Shown here: one piece after another, positions 50,360 through 63,569 of the stretch
Numbering within the stretch: position 1 is the first letter of the stretch
Layout: each line of letters starts with the position of its first letter
Assembly (NCBI GenBank): GCA_965649765.1
Contig: OZ287748.1
Coordinates: forward strand, 24,738,001 to 24,802,000
DNA length: 64,000 bases
Direction of reading: 5' to 3'
Source: Bispira polyomma
Lineage: Eukaryota
Program-made: the position numbers and the translations under genes
Notes under the pieces: model-generated
Database searches by the model: none
What the model saw: the letters and a program-made list of their open reading frames with translations, nothing else
Told to the model about the DNA's origin: nothing

Positions 50360-52337
50360 CTTCTCTGTTGAATGAGAAAATCTTCTCTGAGTCTGTGGAA
50401 ATTTGCAAGCGAGGTTGTAGGTTAGAACTCTCAAGATAGTCGCTGTATAAGTGACGATTTTATCCCTAAGAAAATTTCACCACTCAACAATTGTTTTGAG
50501 AATTTTGCTGGGAAATTTTAAATTTTCATTAATCTTTCAACTAAAATTTGTTAAAACTTTTTTAATTTCCATTGGGAATTAATAATTTTCACTATCCAAG
50601 CTCATTTGGGTGAAAAAGCTAAACATTAATTCCTCGTGTAAATTTTCATGTATACAGTGGTTATATTTAATTGCATGTGTTTTGCTCTAGTTTTTCTCTT
50701 CTTCTTTTGTCTGAGATGAAATATTGTACCAGTGCCACACATGTACTGTGACGTAATAGATTTTTTAATCTCCACTTTTGATCGCCATTGTCTATAGATA
50801 ATTGATGCACGTGCAAATTTCAGTACTTGTTAGAGTATGTACCGAGACAAATGTTCGGGTGTAAAGAGTTGAAATTACGCCTATGTTTAAATAGTCCCTG
50901 TGGTATTTCAAAATTGTTTCTAGCCCATTGTTACCCCAGGGGTGACTGAAATTGAATTTGATCAATCTAACTAGTTCTATAGCTGGGGTTACAGAAACAT
51001 ATGCTGCACAAAAATGGGGTAATCTTCAATTGACATCAACTGGTAACTCTCGTTATAATTAAAAAGTCTATTGTTTTATGTTTAGTTTTATTAAAGCCCA
51101 TGTCCATTAATTAAGAACAGTCTATTTTAATGAAAATGTATAAATCTTTGAGATTTACTCTAACACTTATACTAAAGAACAGGAGGCGGTCATCTAATAT
51201 CGAAGGGGGTTCCTTAAAATCATTTTTCTATTATCCCTAGGGTAATCTAAAGTTGCTTTTCAAATTCTTTTGGGTAACGTAAATGGGGTGGTAATTTAAA
51301 AATGATTCACCAGGACAAAAGGTAATACACTTTGGACAAAATGAAAAATTTATAATTCAGTAGATTTGTACACTTATTGTTTGATAAAGAGCACAGCACA
51401 TTAGTGTCCATTAGCACATCTAAACAATATACATGTAAACAAAACATTATATCAAGCTCATGTTGATGCAGCAGTCAACAGATTTTGTAAAATATTAGTA
51501 CAGATCGGAAGAGCTTCACAGTCGGGAAGGATGGGCCACATAATAAATTATATCTTAAATTTAACCACATATTTGAGTTTCTTAATGGAAGCTCTATTAA
51601 CTATAAAAAAAATGAATGTCTTGGTTATGTACATTCATGTTGAAGCCTGTAATGTACAGGTGCTATGTGAGATTAAAAGCTAGAGCTTCAGTTTTAAGAC
51701 CGTCATTTTTTAAATTTTTTATTTTATTGTTTTTAGGTTGTTGAACATAGCATAATACATACATGCAAGTGTGGCATATACATACATAAGATGCACATCA
51801 TCCCCCCGAAAAACTCGATTATAAACAAAAATATAAATCACTTAGATAATATGCATAACTTGCTGCCATTTCCTTGATTATAATTGCTTTTACATAATTA
51901 TACAAAATACTGTAAAAGACCATATAATTTTAATACGATGCCAGAGTAAAGCTACATTATAGAGAAGTACTCTTTAGATAAACTAAATTTCCATTGAATT
52001 TCTTGTTCATTTTATTTTTCTCTCTGTGAAATGTCATTTGAAAGAAGAGTTGAAGATAAAAAAAAATAATATTATTATTATTTGTAAATGAATTGTATTC
52101 CTAGTAAGAGAAAGAAACAACAATTTCTGTAGAAATCACATTTATTTTGGTATTAATAAAAATTGCAAATGGTATGCTAGAATCTCTTGTTGTTAGGAGA
52201 GTTATTGTTGTTTTTGACATACCTACAATACACTACTGTGTTTTAATAATTTGACTATATTTTGTAAGGCCTTGTGCACCGAATAAGCAACTTTCAAAAT
52301 ATGAATCAAATGACAAGACAAATCAGGAGAGAAAAAC

Positions 52338-52772
52338 TTTGATCTCCCCAGGTTGGTATTAAACCAGGTACTTCGTATTCGTAAGCAACTCTGTTTCCCA
52401 AAATTTATTTACTTGAATTTTCTGTCAATAAATATGTATTTCTGTGTGTCATGTTAGATAGTTTTTGTTGGATACATTTTAACACAAAATAGTTTATAAG
52501 ACTCCATACCAACCTAAGTTATTAACACAAATTTCTGTATTCGAATTCAAATTTATACTGATTTATCTAGCTTTGTTGGGTATTCAAAGCACTAATTTTT
52601 AAAATTTAGGCTTAAGGATGATCATTTAATCTTCTCAAGGTTCTTTAAGCCAAGGGAGCCCAATTACCGACATTTAAGTGGTTTTATCTGAGCCACCATG
52701 TATATGCCTGAATTTGATCTCCCCAGGTTGGTATTGAACCAGGTACTTTGTATTCTTAAGCAACTGTTTCCC
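52338..52772. repeat. ~60-bp direct repeat pair (52338-52400, 52713-52772)
   Basis: tttgatctccccaggttggtatt(a/g)aaccaggtactt(c/t)gtattc(g/t)taagcaact..gtttccca. Confidence 0.8.
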
Positions 52773-55700
52773 ACCAGTCCATATTGGCCCATTAACAGTG
52801 TCCTAGTTAACCATGCCTTGAGGATGTTTTTAATAAAAACAAACCCAGACATTATATAAAAATCACAAACAAGTATATGTACGTCTTTACTTAAATATCT
52901 TAACGAACTTTATTTTGTTTTACAAAAACTATAAAATTTCTTATACCATTCAAAATAAAAAAAACCCTTGTACATCATTAAGTTTACATAATGTAGTGTC
53001 ACTTGGTGTTTAAAGTCTCTAAAACACACACCACAGACTACTATTAAGACTACTAAGACTGACATTTCTAAATATTGGGATAAAAATATTGATTCTTCTT
53101 ATAGTAAAATTTTACTGTATATGCAAATACTACATGCATACTATAACCAAAAAATATATATTCAAATTATAGATTGGTGTCTGCAAAGGGAACAAATATA
53201 GTACCATTTTAGTATACACCCCCAAAAAGAGTTAACAAGTGCTCCATTGACTCTCTCAAATCTACACATATATATTACACATATACATAAAACCTTGGGG
53301 TTATTTACCCAACCTTTGTGCACACTTCATGTCATGCATATAGAATTGTCACAATGTATGTTTATAAAATAGCCTGTCTGAATGGAAACCAGACACCGGC
53401 CTGACATATTTATTTCAACCCCTTTCTACTGTTTGCACCAACACTTATATTTGTGAATGTTTTTACTTCTATATAGTGCTACAATCTATGGCCAGGCATC
53501 ATCTGTGAGTACACTGAATACATATTTATTAACTCAAAATCATACCCCCTTTTCGTACCTCACTCTCTTTCATTAGGTTACCAAAGTAGTAGTAGTGCCA
53601 TGTGAGCTTCAGTGTTATCACTGTGGAATGTGATCATTGATCACGCTATGTTTTATACTATGTCTCATAACTATATATCGACTGTTATCAGATTTTAACG
53701 TATACATATGTGTACTGGTGTAGACCTTGCATTAAGTCAAGCAAGGAGTAATGGTTGTCATGGAAACCATATACAAATTTTACTCTTGTCTTAGTTTTTT
53801 ATATCACTCTTATCAACTGCTAAATTGCTTGGGTGAATAGATGGGCAGGTGCCCACATCCAACTGGGACAGAGTAAACATACCAGTCCCAAGGGGCCCTT
53901 ATGTAGTTTTAGTAAAGTTCATTATAATTAAGAAGTGTTATGTATTGTCATATTATATTATATTATGCACTATTAAAATATGTTTAGATAATAATAATAA
54001 ACTTAGATACTTCGCATCTCACAGTGTTCATTACTGACTACACCACCTTGGCTTTTGGACTGCTCTGTGAGCACATTGAATGCACACGGCAGAAGTTGCT
54101 AAATACTCTTTGGAAATAGTGCAAAATCTATTAGGTTAACTAAATTAATAGTTATGGAAGTTATATTTTGTTTCACCACCCTTCAATAAACAAAGGACAC
54201 TTCTGATTGATGAAGGGAGGGGTCATATTAATGCTATTAGACCGGAATACATCCTCAATCTAATTACACACTACTCCCTTGGTCAAATGTTGTCATATGA
54301 CTTGACAAAAAGGGACATAAAATGAAGTAATATTGGGAACGTTTGACACATGTACCATTTGGAATAAATACAGTATATCAAATAAGTTTATTGTGTAAAA
54401 TTTCAGCGTTTTTAGGGATAAAGCTATTGTAGCTATTTGTGTGTCAATCAATGGGAGTTTATCTTGATAATATATCTTACTGAAGAGTGATATGAACTGA
54501 CGTTTACAGGTGGCAGTATATACAGTATATATGTGTTTTGGTAGGTTTAAACTTTAAATAGTTCTAGTATCACCGAATGTATTATCACAACCTTTTCCCT
54601 GCCATTTAATTGTGTTTAGTGTAAACTGTATCTTCAACATATCTTTGTTTACAAACAACAACACATTTGTTTAGTATTGCTATAATTTTTCAAGAAATAT
54701 GAAACATTTTTGGTGTGGTCATAATACCTGCATGGTTGGTATGATGAGATACATCTATAACTAGACTGGTAGTATTGTAAAGACAAACCTGTATAATAGG
54801 ACCACCTAAGGACCAACCAAAGCCCAAATCTTTATATTGGGTGCTATTTTAATGGTCGACTACACAAAACCACACTGCAGGGGACAACACGTCCCGGCAC
54901 GACAGTACTATTCACACCAACCACGACACAGCACTAGTTAATCTATATAAAAAATTAATCCTTACGTTTGCTGTATATGGATATTGCACAATATATGCAA
55001 TGACATGTTTTTTTACATTTTTATCCAAGTACAATTGCCGTGCCATGTAGTGTAGTGAGGTGTAAGGTCGTGTCAGAAGCATGTCTTTATAATCTATATA
55101 TGATTTTCAGTTTGTAAAGCCCTTTAATACAGGGATTGGAATAAAGCACACCTGAGCTTTGAAAGGTTAAAAAGGCTCTATGTGGTTTCTTTTAAGCAGT
55201 GGTGGGTTTTTAAAGACATTCTTACAAGCATTCATTTGGCTACTTAGGAACATGAAGTATACATGGTTGCATCCCAACTGTAGCGACCAGGTACAGACAA
55301 ATACATAGTGGCTCAGATGATTACATAACATGGCAGTCCATTGTCATTGGGTCCTATCCTCAGTGACAGGCTACAGAACCTTGGGAACATTGATAAATAA
55401 TCATTTCCAAGCATCTCTCTTCAGTCAGGGTACTGCCTCACTAGAAATTTATATAAAGCATATATTTTTGTCATTGCCATTTGAAAAATGTCATTAAATA
55501 GAATAATGCCATTTTTAAAATATTATTAAAGTCAATAATGCCATTTTAAAAATGCCATTAAATTGAATAAACTACTATGTTTTGGTATTATTTTTACAGA
55601 TTGACCTCTTATCTAATGGTTGATATAACTTTCATGTTTTTGCTTTTTGCCGATAACGAATATATCAGTGATGATAGTTAATTGATCCTTGTTGGATGTT

Positions 55701-58050
55701 GGCAGTCAAAAAAGTTTAATTGTCACTTTGAATACGAATTAAAGGTACTGGTCAGCCAGTAAATGTTACTGGTCAGTCAATTTTGTCAATTGACGTTTTT
55801 TGACAATATACAGCATTAATTTCATGAAATTTCATTCATCAAGCAATGGTTTATGCATTATACAACAGTTTACATTAAAAAAATTCCATACAATTTTCTT
55901 ATAAACAGGTTTAATTCGGGTTGCAATTAAATGGCTGACCAGTAGATAAATGCTCTGAGTTTAAATTTGAATACAATATAATGATTATATGGGCATATAC
56001 ATTGACTTGGAGGGTCAGATTTATAATTAAGTATTTAAACAACAGAAGAGTTCAGCCAGTTGGGTTTTTTCATTTGCAAGAGAATCAGCATAATATGTAA
56101 ACACAGGTCATTAACATCTGCACCTCATAATTCTCAATTTGTTGATGACAAATACCAAATAAATATTTATGAAAAACAGCTTAATTTGCTTTCGTTAAAT
56201 TCCCTCACTCCTACAAATAATAGTAAATATAATAATTATAATAATATATCTAGTAAGAAAAGTAAACAGGCTTTGTCAAATTTGTACCCGTCTTTCAACT
56301 CAAAAGATTTGAAACTTTATCATGCAGATATAAAATTTGAGACCAAAATCCTGTGAAATCTAATTTTATGCCAGTGTGGAAGGGACATAATGAGATAATT
56401 TGGTGACATATTAGATGTCTATCGGGGAGTTTATAATGTAATGTCAGTAACTATGCTCATAATGAACTGAATAACGTTTTACAGAGCAGTGATGTGTAGC
56501 AAATAAAGGGGTCTGGATAGTGTTGATTAATGAGAACTGATTAGGTGGAAAGTTTTAACAACATTGGCAGTTTTCTTGACAGCATTTTGAACCAGACAAG
56601 TAATTATAACTTAGTCAAACATTGTATATGATAACAATAGGTTATCACAGAATACAGTTGGACAGTTAATTATGATTATATAGAGATTGTGGTTTAAAAT
56701 GCAAGTGTTTCTTTTCAGTCAAATATAATATGTTGACACTTCTGTACACCATGTAATACAAGTGTGTTCCAAAATCAAAGCTTCTGTGATGTACAGGGTA
56801 GACTCTTCTCTTCCACCTCTGCAGTTGGGCTTCAATTCTTGGCCACAACATGTACAAAACGAAGTTCAATGCCGGTGGCTTGCAGTGCACAGTACCTCGA
56901 CCAATGTGATAAAGTTATAGTAGACTTGCTGAAAGTCTGTGGTTTGCACTGCAAAATACCTTAACCAGCTACCCTGTACTGCTTTTTTCCACGAATATAG
57001 TGCCTGTTGTGGTATAACATGCCAACAAATCTCATACTTATATTTAGTTAATAGCCGTTAATTGCATTCCAAGTTAGCTTGTCAACAACTCTTTATAACT
57101 CTTGATAACTTGGCACAACTAATGGAAGTTGGTGAAAAATACTAACAGCTCGTGATCGTTATTAAACAACTCCTTATAACTCCTAATAAATTGGGTAAAC
57201 AACTCATGCAGATATTTCCAGAGCCAATCTGAGTCACACAGACTTGATCAATAGTCTGTCAAGAGTCGTGCAGGTTTGATTAAGAGTCTGTCAAGAGTCA
57301 TTAAGAGCTATTCCGAGTCTCACAGTCACAAGCTGATTAGGAGTTCACCGAGAGTACACTCGATTTAACACGACAAGCTTCTTCCAAGGAGCTTGTCTAC
57401 AGACGATTCAGAGCTAACAAGAAATATTTCAAATAGCACAACTCCTGACAAGGTCCTGTTAGCTCCAAGAATCTCTGTAAGAGCTTCGGATAACTCCAAT
57501 TTGATTGGTTTAGCTCGGAGCTTCTATTGGTGTGTATGGGCATAACTTCTTGAACCTCTGTGTAACTCTTGGAAACTACTCTTTGGAAATTGTACATCAC
57601 TTGTGCCTAGCTCCAAGTGACTCTGGAATTGCTACAAGGTTACCCATTTAAGAAGTTTCCAGATTCAACCAAGAGCTATAATTCTCAGTAACTCTGTCTG
57701 TTTTCGGCAACTCCAGCTTTAAACTTGTGACAGTATTAGACACACTTTAGCTGTTGAAAGCAACATCAAACTAAATTAAAATCTAAATCTAGGAAATGAT
57801 TGTCTTACAATAAAGCTTTGGTCATTATCAAAAGGTAGTTGACACTATGGATTCTATTAGAGATACTTTGCTATTTAAATAATCTCTTATGAAAATGGCT
57901 CCTAACCTTAATAAACCTTCTTCACAACCAACTATTTCTGAGATATTGATTCAAACAAGTGAATATAAAGAATTTACCAGATTTTATGGGATAAATACAC
58001 AGTGACAAATGTAACATTTATTTGATTCTCTTTCAGCAGCTTCAGGTGAG

Positions 58051-58123
58051 ATGAACAAGTTACGTGACTCAGTTCTGTCTGTTAGGGTGATGGTTTGTGG
58101 CAGTCCAGGGGTGGGGAAGTCAG
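58051..58123 (+). CDS. Ras-family small GTPase (RERG/RASL11/RASL12-like), exon 1 with P-loop
   Basis: MNKLRDSVLSVRVMVCGSPGVGKS, donor G|gtatac. The upstream tttcagcag acceptor means a further 5' exon exists. Confidence 0.88.
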
Positions 58124-58195
58124 GTATACTCTTGATAGAAATTAACAAAGGTGCACAGTGTGACTAGCACATAAAAAGTCAAGTGTAATAAATAG

Positions 58196-58300
58196 ATAAT
58201 AATAATAATAATGCATTTTTAATGCGCTTTATTGATGCCAGGCATCTTCTAAAGCGCAACAGCAGAATCAGTGATCCAATCGTAAAGTCCATGGGCATAG
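58196..58300 (-). mobile_element. LINE (L2-type) 3' tail remnant; related copy ~19690-19790
   Basis: Reverse complement gcgctttagaagatgcctggcatcaataaagcgcattaaaaatgca(tta)n. Confidence 0.55.
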
Positions 58301-59036
58301 CAAGGTCGTAAGGGTAGGGGGGTTAACAGCTGGTTGATCAACAAGCAACCAGATTGAGTATTAACCCACCCCAGTTGTAAAAAAATGTTTACAGAAGAAG
58401 TATGTTTATTTGTCCTTATTTATTTGTTCAACCAAAAAATATGGATTAACCAAACTGATATCTTCCGATTGTTTTAAATGATTTCTAAAATGACAAGATG
58501 TGTTAATTTTGTTCATGTGGGCTACTGCATAAATTTATATATATGGCATTTAATATATATGTATATGTAATTTACGTTTTATTTATTTATTTTTTTTTTT
58601 TTTGTTTAGTATGTCTGAAAAAACTCAATATTATCATTTTATTACTGAGTAAAAGTGTTTTTGTTTTAATTAACATATTTTGTGTGAAATGCTTTTATAT
58701 CTTTGTGGCACAATAGCATACATCATTATTTTTAGTTGAAATGTTTATAATAAAGGTAAATGGAGCAATTCGTGATCTACATAAAAAATAATTTTAAACA
58801 GCTACAATATAGGAGGACGTTATGGTTTTCGAGAACAATTGTCAAACGATATAACAAGGTTCTCCTATGTGTCAATGTACTGTGCAATTTTGGCAGCTGT
58901 ACACATGTATTGTCATGCTAAATATAAATGTTAAATACTAATGAAAACACAAAACTGCCTACAAATTAATATTGAACATGTTGAATGTATGAGGTGCACT
59001 GTACACCAGTTTTAATAGTGATGCATTTTATTTCAG

Positions 59037-59093
59037 CTATTGTAGTGCGATACCTCACAAAGAGGTTTATTGGAGAATACCATTCTGGTGCAG
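59037..59093 (+). CDS. Ras-like GTPase, exon 2 (AIVVRYLTKRFIGEYHSGA)
   Basis: tttcag / gtaaaa, phase 1-1. VR(F/Y)LTKRFIGEY is the RERG/RASL11/RASL12 signature. Confidence 0.92.
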
Positions 59094-60300
59094 GTAAAAT
59101 TATTTCTATTTGGAAGGGCGGGTGAGGGGAGGGGGGGGTTAAAGATACACACAGCTGTGTCATACCAATATAGGTGCATCACCAAATTTTGTGTCCCTCA
59201 TAATGTACTCACAATGGTACCAAATCTACCAAAGTTTAGGATTATCAGCTTTGATTACCAAATATTTCAAACCATAGCTACTTGCGTATTTGTTTGTAGT
59301 GTTCACACATAACAGTATGTATACCAGTAGGAATGGCGTATACAGCAAAAGTCATACAGGGAGGATTTTTTTCCGGACTGACTATACACAATTAAATGGA
59401 AGTATCTGTATACTGCAGGACAAATAAGCTTGTTTGGCATTAAAATTACTTTTTTTAATACTGAGAATAAATTTGTGAAAGAATAATAAACATCTGTTGA
59501 AAAAGTAGAAAATTATTACTTAAAGATTAAAACAAGAAAAACGAAAGTATCTTATATTCGACATACTGGTAATCCTAAATTATATTCCTTATTGCTATGA
59601 TGCAGTCCTCTACGTCTAAACAATACTTACTTTTCTATGTATTAAAGTTATTTACCGAATACCTTTTCAACCAGTTCTTGGTTTGTTTATTGATGAAAGA
59701 AAAAAAAACATTTAGAAATTTTCCAAACCAGTTGTTGGTAAGTTTATTGATTAAACCAAAAACCATTTAGAAATCTTAAAATGCCAGTTGTATGTTTCAG
59801 AATTAATTTGAAAATTTTGGATCAATGAAAAAAAAAAAAAATAATTCCAAGATTTAAGTTGAATTTTATCTTTTAGAGCCATTAAATGCAACACATATTT
59901 TGTTCTTGATTGTGTTCTGTTATTGTATAGATATATTGAAATAAAAATATATGACGGTAAACAATGGGTAGGACATACAACATCTTTTATTATATAAGTC
60001 CGGTTCTGCTAGTCGATACTGAAGCTAGATGTTAGTTCATTTATGGTAACACCACAGATTGTTTCTTGCATTAACTCATTAACTTTCATTTTAAGTTTTT
60101 CATACTTCTAATTTCTTCCATACCTGGTTGTAGCTTGGTTTTTATAAAACAACTGGTTAAAGAAAATCAAAAGCAACTTTAGTACTACTATGTATTTATA
60201 ATAAACTACCCAGTTTGTACTGTTTATATTATTTTGTCACACATTTTCTAAATATACACCACTTAGGTAGCTTTACTATTTGTTAACTGTGTTACTCTAG

Positions 60301-60374
60301 ATGAAAAGTATGTGTCTTTAGTGTTGCTTGATGAAGAAAGTGTACAACTTCATGTCATCGACACTTCATCTACA
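60301..60374 (+). CDS. Ras-like GTPase, exon 3 (DEKYVSLVLLDEESVQLHVIDTSST)
   Basis: ctctag / gtaagt, phase 1-0; beta2-beta3 strands ending in the DT of G3. Confidence 0.85.
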
Positions 60375-61240
60375 GTAAGTGAACTGTATCTAGGCGGATC
60401 CAAGATTTTGTAAAGGGAAATTGGTTGGAATATATTTCAATTTTTTGGGGGTTTTGTTGATTTAACCAGGCTGGGTTATATCACAAGAGCCAAATAGTGA
60501 TAAAAGAAACCATTGCTGAAGCACTGCAAACCACCGACCTATGGTAAGTACCTGACAAACCTTCCTACAGAAAGGAAGAAACAGGATTCAAATCCACATT
60601 GGTGAGAGGCCAGTGATGGCAAAGCAGGTGCATTTATGGTCCACAAGTACAATGTAACCCCCTGGATCTGCCTATACTGTATGCCGACCTCCAGACAACA
60701 ATTAATACATTGCCCAAATGCTGTAGTGGTCTTTTGAGAAGTTCGTGTTCAACAGCCAGCTTACTCCTCATCCATGTAACACCTTAGCAGTTTCACCTAA
60801 AAAAAAATCGTCCACCTCTCACTTTGTGTGAAACAAGAGCATGTTCTGTATCATTTAAAGTCCTAGCACTTTCTGAAGGGAGTAATATTCCTGCCATTAT
60901 CTGTACTGAAATTTTCCATATGAAGGCACAAGTAGGATTAGAACCCACATTGGTGAGAGACCAGTGAGCTTTGAATCACTAGGCTACTATTTTGTTTGAT
61001 TTTGATTAGGATGTGCAACACAGAGAATTTAAAAGATAGCCTGCAATGATAATTTTCTTTATTTTTTTTTGATATTATTCTATGTATTCTTTTAAAACTC
61101 ATATATAGAGTGCAATAAATAAGTAAACAGGAATCTAATGGAGTACAATGCTATTTAAAATCCACGAATAATTTTTCTTCACTCATTCCACAAATACCTG
61201 CTATAAATGTCAATAAAATATGCTATCCTAAGCTATCAAT

Positions 61241-62054
61241 TTGGGTAATACATATATAAGCAGTGTTAAGCCAATTTATTTACCACAAAAAAAGGTTATT
61301 AGAATAATGCATAATGTTGGCTACAAAGAACATACCAATGGTTTATTTTATAATAGTCGTATAATTAAATTTTTTGATCTAGTAAAATTTAAAACAGCTT
61401 GTACTTTGTTCAAAGCAAAAAATAATTTGTTACCTAATAATATTCAAGTGTTATTTAATTTCGAGTCCACAGTTGACTACAACTTGAGGTGTAAAAATCA
61501 AATTAAAAATAAATATTGTAGAACAACCAAGAAAGCAATATGTGTTTCGATAATAGGTATCAAAATTTGGAATAATCTGGATAATGTTGTTATTTCTTCA
61601 AAGAATCTATGTCAATTTAAAAAGTTGTTAAAAAAAGATATTTTTGATATGTATAAAGTTCAATTGGATTAATCAGTATAAAAGTATATAGTAAATCAAT
61701 CATTTAATTTTTTAAAAGGGTAATAAAAAATCTGTGGTTTCTTTTATGAAAGTGTAAAATGTAAATATGTAATATATGTTAGAAGTTCTAGTTTGTGTAA
61801 TTTTGTGTTTGGTAAATAAGGGGTTAATTTTTATAAGTTTTTTCAACTTCTTTTAACCCCTTTTCAACTGTAAAATTAATTTAGTCAGGTTAACAAAATT
61901 AATTTAGTCAATTTAACAAAATTAATTTAGTCAAGTTACTAATATTCACTTAGTAACTTTTCTTCACTGTAAAATTAACTTGTATTTATGTTAACACACA
62001 CTATGCATGTACATTATGTATTACTGTTGAAATAAACCATCTATCTATCCGTCT
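61241..62054 (+). mobile_element. 5'-truncated non-LTR retrotransposon 3' end (CR1/L2 group, Crack-like)
   Basis: GNTY...QKKVIRIMHNVGYKEHTNGLF...GIKIWNNL...FKKLLK is a typical post-RT C-terminus. AT-rich 3' UTR, AATAAA, (ctat)n tail. Confidence 0.8.
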
Positions 62055-62086
62055 ATTTTTTATCAATTTCATTTCATTTGCTTTAG

Positions 62087-62584
62087 GAAGAAAAAGATCT
62101 ACAGTGGGCTGATGCTTTTATTCTTGTGTATAGTGTCTGTGACAGAGCCTCCTTTTACACAGCCTTAAGGCAAATAAAACATATCCAGGACTGCAGATCT
62201 CCGGAATATGTCCCAATCCTTCTCCTTGGAAACAAGTCTGACCTAGAACATTACCAAGCAGTCACGTGCCGTGAAGTAGAAAACATCACCATCCAACATG
62301 GCTGCCAGTTTGCTCACGTGTCAGCAGCTGAACGTCACTGTTACATCACAGAAGCAATCAATGGTTTACTAAGAGAGGCAAAGAGTTATGTGCAGCAGAG
62401 ACAACTGACCAGGAAACACAGGAGGAAAAACTCACAGACTTTGAGAACTGTTTCCAAAGCTCTGGCCTTTGTATTTGGAATGAACTCAAACTCTAGAACG
62501 AACTCAACAGATGAGCCACTTACCATCCCAACTACTAATGAAAGTTGTTCAGAACAAAGTAAAACGTGTTCTAATTTAGGTTGA
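62087..62584 (+). CDS. Ras-like GTPase, terminal exon 4
   Basis: ctttag acceptor. WADAFILVYSV, G4 GNKSDL, G5 VSAAE, polybasic RKHRRK, no CAAX. Joined CDS is 702 nt. Confidence 0.92.
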   Translation, partial: EEKDLQWADAFILVYSVCDRASFYTALRQIKHIQDCRSPEYVPILLLGNKSDLEHYQAVTCREVENITIQHGCQFAHVSAAERHCYITEAINGLLREAKSYVQQRQLTRKHRRKNSQTLRTVSKALAFVFGMNSNSRTNSTDEPLTIPTTNESCSEQSKTCSNLG

Positions 62585-63569
62585 ACAAATGTAAGTAATA
62601 CATTTGACTGTATAGAAAACTAGAAAGCCTCTCTGCATATACCTCCACCAGGTACCGCAGTTCCTAGAAAATAATCAGGTTTTCAAAAAACTTTTTTTTG
62701 GCTCATGTCCGAATTCTATACTAAGTTTGATCAAAAGCCATTCAGTAGTTTTTCCAAAACCCAACAGGATTTTTTTTCAATTTTCGACCCTGAGCAGCCT
62801 TTTAGGACGTATGCATTCCACCATAAATGATTGAGTTCTTCCTTAGCCATGCCCTAGCCATTTACCAAGTCTGGTCAATATAGGTGTAGCAGTTTTTCCA
62901 TCATCTTTTAACAAACAAACTAACAGACAGGAGTAAAACACATAACCTCCTGTAGGGGTAATTAGAGAGTGAAACAATTAAAACTAAAACTAGTTTGGAG
63001 AATACAAAATTTATCTTTCCATATAGCTGGCGGCCAGTGGGCTATCATTTGAAGGTTCTTAAGTAGATCATACACGAGGTGATTAGTAGATTCACCAACA
63101 GTTGCAGTATGCAGTGAGACTTTTGTGTTGTGCAACAGTCCTTAGCGGAAAATCGCCACGTGTGCAACCTACTTTACTGTAACCCAATACTGATATATTT
63201 TATTGTAGCTTTTAGAAGCAGGTTATAACTACAATTGATAGTTCCAATATATATATTTATATAAGGCCTAATTGACCTCATATGGGCCTAAATGGTTAAC
63301 ACTCTTGACTCTGTAACTTTAAAAGTATTGCTTCTAGGCAATTTTGGTGAAATAAGTTATTCAGCTACATTTTAATTTTATACAAACTGGTTAAGTTACA
63401 AAGGGTTAGCACTGTAGCTAAGTGAGTAATGGCTACTTTAAGCACTAGTCTAAATGACTAATTTGACTTTAAATATAAATCTAATGTTCCAATGTTAGTT
63501 TTATTAAGTAACTCACGAATTTACATGGTAAAAGCTGTAGCTCTGTAGCTGAGTTAGATACTTTGACTA

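Noticed and set aside
49991-50434. 147-aa ORF taken as a single-exon membrane protein
   Set aside because: Only 50359-50183 is exonic. The hydrophobic stretch follows a splice donor and the end runs into a LINE remnant.
62567-62584. CAAX prenylation box on the GTPase
   Set aside because: The protein ends CSNLG, so the Cys is fifth from the end rather than fourth.
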